A stretch of 64,000 nt of DNA from Chloroflexota bacterium (GTDB lineage: Bacteria; Chloroflexota; UBA6077; FW602-bin22; JACPRP01): contig JAMCWX010000066.1 of NCBI GenBank assembly GCA_023480885.1, forward strand, positions 37,467 to 101,466, in the 5' to 3' direction. Shown piece by piece: positions 45,007 to 52,045 of this stretch. Made by a program: the position numbers and the translations under genes. How positions within the stretch are numbered: the stretch's first letter is position 1; the number at the start of each line of letters is the position of its first letter. Below the pieces are notes generated by a model. It saw only the letters and a list, made by a program, of their open reading frames with translations, had not been told where the DNA came from and ran no database searches.

Positions 45007-47220
45007 ATGATCGTAGCGACTGGGAACGAAACCCAAGCAAGCAGCATAACCTCTGCTCAATTCAATACGAATACGTCGCAGACGCGCGTTTACATAGAGG
45101 GTGACGAGAAGAAGGGCGGCTACATCGCCAGCCATTGCCTGCAATGCGTATCGAACTGCGGCCTCCGAGCTTTCGTTAAGGATGGGAAAGTACGTTACCT
45201 CGAAGGGAACCCCCTCGATCCTAACAGCAGGGGCCGAATGTGCGCCAAAGGGCAGGCTGGTGTCCAGCAGATTTACGATCCTGATCGCGTGAAGAATCCC
45301 CTGGAAAGGGTTGGTGAGAGGGGAAGCGGCAAGTGGCGTGACATCTCATGGGACGAAGCCATGCAGAAGATATCCAGCAGGCTGCGGAGGCTGCGAGACA
45401 GCGGACATCCTGAACAGTTCGTGTTCTACAGCGGCCGCAACATGCAGGCCGGTTACACTACTCGCTTCACCAATGCCTTCGGCAGTCCCAACCATTTCAA
45501 CCACGACAGCCTTTGCGCATCAGGACGCCAGATGGCCACGTTACTCACTTACGGAGACACCTGGCCTCAGATGGACATCGAGAACGCCCGCTACGTTCTG
45601 CTGTTCGGCTTCAGCGCCTTCGACGCGGGGATTTGCTTCGTTCCTGCCGCCCAGAGGCTGGTAAACGCTTTGAGCAAAGGTGCGAAGCTCGTCGTCGTGG
45701 ACCCCAGGCTGAGCAAGACGGCCGCCAAGGCCAGCGAATGGATTTCCATCGCGCCAGGGACCGATGCAGCCCTGGCTATGGGCATAATGAACGTCATAGT
45801 CTCCGAGGGCCTCTACGACCGCGAATTCGTGGAACATTGGACCGTCGGGTTCGATGATTTCGTCGAGAAGGAGTTGAAGCGCTTCACACCAGAGTACGCA
45901 TCGAGCATTTGCCGCGTGCCAGCAGAGAAAATCGGGGAGCTAGCGTGGGACTTCGCCACAACGAGGCCGGCCGTTGCGGATGCGATGCGAGGAGTGTCAG
46001 CTCATACGAATGGCACCGTGTCCATACGCGCAGTGATGGCGCTAAACGTCTTGCTTGGAAATATCGATGACATCGGTGGAATGAACCTGGACTTCGGCTG
46101 GTGGAACATCGGCCTGGGCGCTGTGGATCCCGTCCCACCGGCTCCCAAAGAGACGCGAAGGCTGGACCGTCTGGGCACTTCGCAGTACCCGCTGGCCGCC
46201 GTGCCTATCCAGCAGCAAATCCTCCCCTCGATCGCCGAGCGAGATCCGTACCCGGCCGACACCGTGATGCTGTATCACTCGAGTCCAGCCTACGCCATGC
46301 CTGACCCGAAGAAACAGATGAACATACTCAAGAATCCCGACAAAGTTCCATTCATCATCTCTGTCGATCCCTTCATGGGAGAGTCGACGACGTTCGCCGA
46401 TATCGTCCTGCCAGAAGGCACCTACCTGGAGAGATATGATGCTGTTTCCTGGCCATACAGCCTGCAATTTACCCCATACGTTTTCCTTCGCAAACCCGTG
46501 GTTCCCCCGCAACTCGAATCGAGAATGGTGAAAGACATCTTGAGAGAGCTAGCTCATCGCATAGGCGGGGGCATGGAACAATACTTCGCCGACGACGCCG
46601 TAGCTTATCATCGAAAAGAGATCGAGGGAATCACAAACGGGCCGTCGTGGGATGAGATAGTTAAGAATGGCGTGTGGGTGGCCCCTGCGAAGCGCGAAAC
46701 CCAAAGGTTCAGAAAGAACGGCTTCTTTACCCCCTCAGGCAAGATCGAGCTCTACAGCAAGCGGATGGATGATGCTGGATTCCCCCCTTTCCCAACCTAT
46801 GTTCCGGTAGCTACCCATGACGCCGAACGCCGGCAGCAATACCCATTCTGCTTGATAACCTACAAGGTGGCGATGCACAACCAGTCGCGCACAGCTAACG
46901 TGCCGTTCCTGGTCGAGGTTATGGACCGTAATTATGCCGAGATAAACCCGAAGTCGGCCGCGAGCCTTGGAATTCGCGACGGCGACGAAGTGTACGTCGA
47001 ATCCGAAATCGGACGCATCGAAGGGGTTGCACGCTTGACCAATGAGATTAGACAGGATACTATAGCGATATCCCATCACTTTGGCCATTGGGAGTACGGT
47101 AGGGTTGCGAAGGGCCGAGGCATTAGCCCGAATCCAATCGTGGCCTGCAACGACGATGGCATCGGCGCCCCGGCGGCCTTCAACAGCACCCTCGTCAGGG
47201 TCTATAAGAAGTTAAAGTAG
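45007..47220 (+). CDS. molybdopterin oxidoreductase catalytic subunit without a Tat signal (substrate unknown)
   Basis: ATG 45007 lies 5 nt after GAAGGGAGG. It has a polar N-terminus, Fe-S motif C-x2-C-x3-C-x27-C (CLQCVSNC...CAKG), candidate Mo-ligand Cys in NHDSLCASG, and 737 aa. Confidence 0.9.
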   Translation: MIVATGNETQASSITSAQFNTNTSQTRVYIEGDEKKGGYIASHCLQCVSNCGLRAFVKDGKVRYLEGNPLDPNSRGRMCAKGQAGVQQIYDPDRVKNPLERVGERGSGKWRDISWDEAMQKISSRLRRLRDSGHPEQFVFYSGRNMQAGYTTRFTNAFGSPNHFNHDSLCASGRQMATLLTYGDTWPQMDIENARYVLLFGFSAFDAGICFVPAAQRLVNALSKGAKLVVVDPRLSKTAAKASEWISIAPGTDAALAMGIMNVIVSEGLYDREFVEHWTVGFDDFVEKELKRFTPEYASSICRVPAEKIGELAWDFATTRPAVADAMRGVSAHTNGTVSIRAVMALNVLLGNIDDIGGMNLDFGWWNIGLGAVDPVPPAPKETRRLDRLGTSQYPLAAVPIQQQILPSIAERDPYPADTVMLYHSSPAYAMPDPKKQMNILKNPDKVPFIISVDPFMGESTTFADIVLPEGTYLERYDAVSWPYSLQFTPYVFLRKPVVPPQLESRMVKDILRELAHRIGGGMEQYFADDAVAYHRKEIEGITNGPSWDEIVKNGVWVAPAKRETQRFRKNGFFTPSGKIELYSKRMDDAGFPPFPTYVPVATHDAERRQQYPFCLITYKVAMHNQSRTANVPFLVEVMDRNYAEINPKSAASLGIRDGDEVYVESEIGRIEGVARLTNEIRQDTIAISHHFGHWEYGRVAKGRGISPNPIVACNDDGIGAPAAFNSTLVRVYKKLK

Positions 47221-47259
47221 CCATAAAAGCACAGCAAAGCCAAGAGGAGACAGCCAGTA

Positions 47260-48132
47260 ATGTTGCGAACCACTATATTCAGCGAGAAGCGAGAAGTGAC
47301 GATAGCACGAGACCTGCCGACCATCCTAATCGGCGAGAGGATCAACCCAACTGGCAAGAGGAAGCTTGCCACAGCGCTTATGGAAGGAAACTGGGATTAT
47401 GTGAAAGAGATGGCCATCAAGCAGGTTGAGGCTGGAGCCCACGTGCTGGACGTCAACGTTGGCGTCGGCGGCATCGACGAAGCGGAGTATCTGGTAGCTG
47501 CCATCAAAGCCGTGTCTGAGGCAGTCGACGTGCCTCTCTGCATTGACTCTTCGGATCCAAAGGCCCTGGCCGCTGCCCTCGGGTCTTATAAGGGGAAGGC
47601 GCTGGTGAATTCTGTCACAGGAGAGGAAGGCAGCCTCGAAACAGTGCTTCCCCTGGTAAAGCAGTACGGAGCAGCCGTTATCGCGCTATGCATGGACGAG
47701 CATGGATGTGCCGTGGATGTCGAGGGCCGCACAGCTGTCGCTAGAAAGATTATCGACAGGGCGGACCGACTGGGCATCCCTCGTGAAGATATCATAGTAG
47801 ACTGCCTTACCATGACAGTTGGAGCCGATTCCAAGGCTGCGCTGGTGACCCTCGAAGCAACAAGCCGTGTTGTCGCGGAGTTTGACGTGAACATAACGTC
47901 GGGCGCCAGCAATATCTCCCACGGGCTTCCGGTGCGCGAGGTGATAAACGCCGCTTTCCTGGCGATGATGATTGCTGCCGGTTTGACGGCGCCCATCGTC
48001 GACCCCACTGCCCCTGGGATAACTCAAGCGATTCTTGCAGCCGACTTAGTGATGGGCCGTGATGACTACGCCGCTCGCTATATTCGCCATTATCGCAAAA
48101 TGATGAAGGCGGCGGCTGCTCGCGCGAATTGA
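47260..48132 (+). CDS. pterin-binding methyltransferase (methyl-THF:corrinoid, MeTr/MtrH-like)
   Basis: Pterin-binding TIM-barrel pattern (ILIGERINPTG, HVLDVNVG, PLCIDSS, LVNSVTGEE, SNISHGLP). Confidence 0.8.
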   Translation: MLRTTIFSEKREVTIARDLPTILIGERINPTGKRKLATALMEGNWDYVKEMAIKQVEAGAHVLDVNVGVGGIDEAEYLVAAIKAVSEAVDVPLCIDSSDPKALAAALGSYKGKALVNSVTGEEGSLETVLPLVKQYGAAVIALCMDEHGCAVDVEGRTAVARKIIDRADRLGIPREDIIVDCLTMTVGADSKAALVTLEATSRVVAEFDVNITSGASNISHGLPVREVINAAFLAMMIAAGLTAPIVDPTAPGITQAILAADLVMGRDDYAARYIRHYRKMMKAAAARAN

Positions 48133-48155
48133 GGTAATTTGTCAGGGAGGACAAC

Positions 48156-48506
48156 ATGACGAAGGACGAAGTCAAGGTTGAGGTATTCGAGAAAGTGTCG
48201 TGCTGTGGCGGTGGCGCCTGCGGCCCCAATGCCGATCCTGAGGCAGTCGCCTTCACGGAAGCAACTTGGAGCCTTCGAAGAAGGGGCATCCCCGTTCATC
48301 TCTACTCTTTGCCCGCAGATGTCAAAGTCTTCGCCGAACACCCGCTGATCAAGAGGCTGATTTCCGAGAGCAAAGGTCCGCTGCTGCTTCCGATCACGAT
48401 AGTGAACAACATTGTCGTCAAAGTCGGCTCCAATCCTACTCTCGCAGAACTCGAAGACGCCCTCGGAATGAACAATCAGCCGGTCCAGGAAGGAACTTCC
48501 GCATGA
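48156..48506 (+). CDS. arsD: arsenic metallochaperone ArsD
   Basis: CC-x4-C site (SCCGGGACGP) and overall collinearity with ArsD (FTEATWSLRRRGIPVHLYSL...LLLPITIVNN). Confidence 0.85.
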   Translation: MTKDEVKVEVFEKVSCCGGGACGPNADPEAVAFTEATWSLRRRGIPVHLYSLPADVKVFAEHPLIKRLISESKGPLLLPITIVNNIVVKVGSNPTLAELEDALGMNNQPVQEGTSA

Positions 48507-49390
48507 GCACAAACTTTGCCTTTGTTTCAGGTAAAGGCGGAGTTGGCAAGACCTCTATTGCCTGTGCCATAGCTTTGTATCACGCCGAACACGGCGAGTA
48601 CACGCTCATTGTCACGACCGACCCCGCTCCCAACCTTTCCGACGTCTTCGAGCAGCCCATAGGGCACAACATCACCGCGATCAACAGCGTCGAGCGTCTC
48701 TCCGCGATTGAGATCGACCCAGACATCACCGCCGAAGAGTATCGGGAGCGCTATCTGGCCCCGCTGCGCGAGATTCTTCCACCAGAGATGGTGGCAGTAG
48801 TTGCCGAGCAACTGGCCTCTCCCTGCACCTCGGAAGTAGCCTCCTTTGACAAGTTTGCCGATTTCTTCGAGGCGTCCGGGGTCGACTTTATCGTTTTCGA
48901 CACGGCCCCTACTGGCCATACAGTTCGCCTCCTGGAACTGCCCGCAGATTGGACGCGGCATATTGATCGCCTCACTGAAGGTGGACATTCGTGCGCTGGG
49001 GCAGTTGCTAATATTAAGGAGTCAAGGGCCAAATATGATCGAGCAGTCGCGGCGTTGAGGAACCCCGAGCAGACGTCGTTCATATTCGTCGTGCAGCCGG
49101 AGGCGACGCCCATTGCTGAGACAGAGCGCACGCTCTCACAACTGGAGCGGGTAGGAGTGACGGCGAAAGAGTTGATTATCAACGGCATCATACCATCGGA
49201 ACAGTGCGAAGTACCCTTCTTCCGGAAGCGGCGCGAAATGCAAGACCACTACATCGAAGAGATACACCGTCGCATCCCGCTGCCAAGCAAGTCCCTTTAC
49301 TTTTTCGATGAAGAGGTCAAGGGTCTGGAAATGATACGTAAGGTTGGAAGGACACTTAATCAGAATGGACAGCTTAGTACGTCCCAATAG
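48503..49390 (+). CDS. arsA: arsenite-stimulated ATPase ArsA, N-terminal (A1) half as a separate ORF
   Basis: The ATG overlaps the arsD stop (ATGA). It has SGKGGVGKTS, DTAPTGHT, and the A1 As-binding Cys equivalents (SPCTSEV, GHSCAGA). It ends at TAG 49388-49390. Confidence 0.85.
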   Translation: MSTNFAFVSGKGGVGKTSIACAIALYHAEHGEYTLIVTTDPAPNLSDVFEQPIGHNITAINSVERLSAIEIDPDITAEEYRERYLAPLREILPPEMVAVVAEQLASPCTSEVASFDKFADFFEASGVDFIVFDTAPTGHTVRLLELPADWTRHIDRLTEGGHSCAGAVANIKESRAKYDRAVAALRNPEQTSFIFVVQPEATPIAETERTLSQLERVGVTAKELIINGIIPSEQCEVPFFRKRREMQDHYIEEIHRRIPLPSKSLYFFDEEVKGLEMIRKVGRTLNQNGQLSTSQ

Positions 49391-50324
49391 GAAAGACGGC
49401 GTGGTGGATATCATCAAGCCAGGGCCTAAGGGTGATAGGATGGTATTCTTCGCTGGCAAGGGTGGTGTCGGCAAAACTTCGACGGCGTGTGCGACTGCCG
49501 TCTGGCTGTCCCGCGCCGGGTACCGCACTCTCCTCTTGACTACCGATCCTGCTTCCCACCTCAGCGACGTATTCGAGCAGCCGGTTACAGATAAGGTGCG
49601 GGAACTCGGTGGCTTGCCTGGATTATTCGCGGCGCGGATTGATCCGAAGCGCGCGGCGGAAGACTACAAGCAGCGCATACTTGACGACATGAAGGGTAAA
49701 CACTCCGCGGATGTGCTGGCCGTCGTCGAAGAGGAACTCGACGCACCGTGCACCGAGGAAATGGCGACCTTCGACCTCTTCGTCTCTTATGCCAGTTCCA
49801 CCGAGTACGACGTGATGGTCTTCGACACCGCGCCAACGGGACACACCCTCAGGCTGCTCCAGCTTCCCATCGAATGGAGCAAGCAGATTCAAGTCAAGGT
49901 ATACGCGTCGGTAGACAGTCAGCAAGCAGGGGAGACGACTAAGGCGAAGTTTGGTCAGGTGATAGATCGCATGCGAGATGTTAGACGCACGACGTTTTCC
50001 TTTATAATGTATCCTGAGGCCACTCCCGTCGTCGAAGCGTATCGGGCGGCTCGTGACATCGAGACGTTAGGTATCAGCGTAGGATTCGTCATAGCAAATC
50101 AAGTGCTTCCCGAAGAGCATTGCACCAACGCCTATTTCAAGAAGCGCTTCGCGATGCAGCAAAAGTACCTTCAGGAAATGAAAGACCGCTTCGGCGTGCC
50201 GATTCTGCAAATGCCCCTGCTGGAGCACGACGTCAGAGGTATTAGCACCTTGATCAGAATAGGAGACGTGCTCTTCGGCCAACCAGTCAGCCCACACTCA
50301 AGGGCGACATCAGCACCATTGTGA
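49365..50324 (+). CDS. arsA: ArsA C-terminal (A2) half as a separate ORF
   Basis: AGKGGVGKTS, DTAPTGHT and the A2 Cys equivalent (APCTEEM). It is in a different frame from A1. ATG 49365 overlaps A1 by 26 nt. ATG 49440 (after AAGGGTGA) is an alternative start. Confidence 0.8.
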   Translation: MDSLVRPNRKDGVVDIIKPGPKGDRMVFFAGKGGVGKTSTACATAVWLSRAGYRTLLLTTDPASHLSDVFEQPVTDKVRELGGLPGLFAARIDPKRAAEDYKQRILDDMKGKHSADVLAVVEEELDAPCTEEMATFDLFVSYASSTEYDVMVFDTAPTGHTLRLLQLPIEWSKQIQVKVYASVDSQQAGETTKAKFGQVIDRMRDVRRTTFSFIMYPEATPVVEAYRAARDIETLGISVGFVIANQVLPEEHCTNAYFKKRFAMQQKYLQEMKDRFGVPILQMPLLEHDVRGISTLIRIGDVLFGQPVSPHSRATSAPL

Positions 50325-50462
50325 CGTGGACAATACCTGCCAGGTAGCGAGAGGCCGATTAGCTATAAGATCAAGTGATCGTGCCTGAATCTCGTTCAAC
50401 TGAAACTGAGTAGTTTCCAAGACTGCGCTGGCACAATCCGCACTTTCCCGCAAAATTCCTTA

Positions 50463-50491
50463 TTGAATACTGCTTCGTCTTCTTGTATACT
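50463..50491 (+). promoter_or_regulatory. promoter candidate for the multihaem cytochrome gene
   Basis: TTGAAT (50463-50468), 17 nt, TATACT (50486-50491). Confidence 0.45.
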
Positions 50492-50569
50492 GTGAACCGC
50501 TAGGCAACCCTCGATTGTATACCATTATGGGTGAAACCTACCTTCAAATCGAGACCAATGGAGGTCAAA

Positions 50570-51952
50570 ATGGATGACCACTCGGTGTCTTCGGTTGACC
50601 AGCGGCGCATAATCCTCATTTGCGTTGCGCTTGCGATCGCACTGCTTATCATCGTGGCCTTCCTCGGTGGTTGCACCGACCAGAAGGCAACGCCCACGTC
50701 CAAGCCAGCAGCAGAGGTCGCTCCTGCCAGCGCAACGCGCGTTGCCCAACCGACAGCAGCTCAGGGCGCGGCTTCGAAGACAGGACAGGCCGAAACCGCG
50801 AAGCCCCAGGCCACAGATGCGTCCAAGCCAGCCGCTACCCCACAGGCTAAGGAAACGCCAGCAGCAGTCGTTCAGGAGAAAGGGGCCGGGCCAAACATTC
50901 CCCACTCCCCCAAAGGACGTGACGACTGTCTAGCCTGCCACTCCAGACTGGTGGTGTGGCCCGTGCCTGCAAGCCACGAAGGCCGCGGCAATGAGACATG
51001 CCAGGCTTGCCACAAGCCTTTGGCGGGCGGCCCACCAAAGATCGCCCATACACTGGACGGGAAGTCGGACTGTGTAGCGTGCCACGGCGAAGGCAAGCTA
51101 GTCAAGCTGCCGCAGAGCCACGCGAAAAGGACGTCTTCCAACGTGTGCGTTGTTTGCCACCAGCAGACTACCACGCCCACTACTATCGCGCATACGTTAG
51201 AAGGCAAAACCAACTGCACGCAGTGCCACGGCGATGGCAAGATAGTGGCGTTGCCAGCGAGCCACGCCGGCAGAACCGAGCAGATGTGCCAGGTCTGCCA
51301 CACGCAGACGACGACACCCACAAAGATCGCGCACACTCTGGAGGGCAAGACGAATTGCACCGGTTGTCACGGCGACGGCAAACTGGTGAAGCTGCCGCAG
51401 AGCCACGCCGGCAGAACCGAGCAGATGTGCACGCTCTGTCACACGCAAACGACTCAACCCAACACGATCGCACATACGTTGGAAGGAATGACAAACTGCA
51501 CATCGTGCCACGCCGATGGCAAGCTAGTGCCGTTGCCAGCAAGCCACGCCGGCAGAACGGAGCAGATGTGCCAGATTTGTCACGCGCAGACGATGCAGCC
51601 GCCCACCATCGCACACACGTTGGAAGGCAAAGTCAACTGCACGCAGTGCCACGGCACTGGGAAGCTAGTGGCGCTACCGGCTTCTCACGCCAAGAGGACG
51701 GAGCAAATGTGCGCCGTGTGTCACACGAAGACTATGGATCCGCCAAGGGCACCGCACACCACATCTGACAAGCCTTCGTGTATCGCGTGCCACGACGGCA
51801 AGAAGGTGAAGGCGGCGCCAGCGAATACCCACCAGGGTAGGACCGACCAGATGTGCGCTATCTGCCACGCGCCTGTCTCAGGAGGCGTTCCAAAGATACC
51901 GCACACGCTAGAGGGCCGCTCTGACTGCACGATGTGCCACACGAAGCAGTAG
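50570..51952 (+). CDS. lipoprotein-anchored multihaem c-type cytochrome (15 CxxCH) built of tandem modules
   Basis: ATG 50570 lies 5 nt after GGAGG. It has a signal/TM segment ending in lipobox FLGGC, an Ala/Pro/Thr/Gln/Lys-rich linker of about 75 aa, then 15 CxxCH motifs. Confidence 0.85.
   Translation: MDDHSVSSVDQRRIILICVALAIALLIIVAFLGGCTDQKATPTSKPAAEVAPASATRVAQPTAAQGAASKTGQAETAKPQATDASKPAATPQAKETPAAVVQEKGAGPNIPHSPKGRDDCLACHSRLVVWPVPASHEGRGNETCQACHKPLAGGPPKIAHTLDGKSDCVACHGEGKLVKLPQSHAKRTSSNVCVVCHQQTTTPTTIAHTLEGKTNCTQCHGDGKIVALPASHAGRTEQMCQVCHTQTTTPTKIAHTLEGKTNCTGCHGDGKLVKLPQSHAGRTEQMCTLCHTQTTQPNTIAHTLEGMTNCTSCHADGKLVPLPASHAGRTEQMCQICHAQTMQPPTIAHTLEGKVNCTQCHGTGKLVALPASHAKRTEQMCAVCHTKTMDPPRAPHTTSDKPSCIACHDGKKVKAAPANTHQGRTDQMCAICHAPVSGGVPKIPHTLEGRSDCTMCHTKQ
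50897..51949 (+). repeat. intragenic tandem repeat, 141-147-bp period (47-49-aa di-haem module, 7.5 copies)
   Basis: Module starts at 50897, 51041, 51185, 51326, 51467, 51608, 51749 and 51896. Consensus: IAHTLEGKTNCTxCHGDGKLVxLPxSHAGRTEQMCxxCHTQTxxPxx. Confidence 0.9.
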
Positions 51953-51981
51953 CGCCGTGGTCATCTAGTCTACCAGAACTC

Positions 51982-52013
51982 AAAGCGGCTCCCTATTAGG
52001 GAGCCGCTTTATT
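51982..52013. terminator. bidirectional terminator candidate between convergent genes
   Basis: 12-bp stem AAAGCGGCTCCC/GGGAGCCGCTTT (51982-51993 / 51999-52010), 5-nt loop, flanked by A-run/T-run. Confidence 0.55.
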
Positions 52014-52045
52014 AATCGAATTGACGACCAGACCGACTGCTCTAA

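Noticed and set aside
48503-50324. Recoding (pyrrolysine at TAG 49388, or selenocysteine in the molybdoenzymes).
   Set aside because: The A2 half is in a different frame, so stop read-through would not join the halves. No pyl or sel genes or SECIS-like hairpins were seen. Both catalytic subunits have Cys at the expected Mo-ligand position.
50625-51768. Alternative-frame ORFs within the cytochrome gene (50625-50933, 50998-51768, and several on the minus strand).
   Set aside because: The tandem 141-bp repeat keeps other frames open by chance. Only the CxxCH frame has a signal peptide, an SD and haem motifs.
21000-52000. The arsenic/molybdenum region as a mobile genomic island.
   Set aside because: I could find no integrase, transposase, IS ends, conjugation genes or flanking direct repeats. 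The tRNA-Ala gene lies 4 kb beyond the region and has no adjacent integrase. Base composition looks uniform by eye. This is not excluded, only unsupported.
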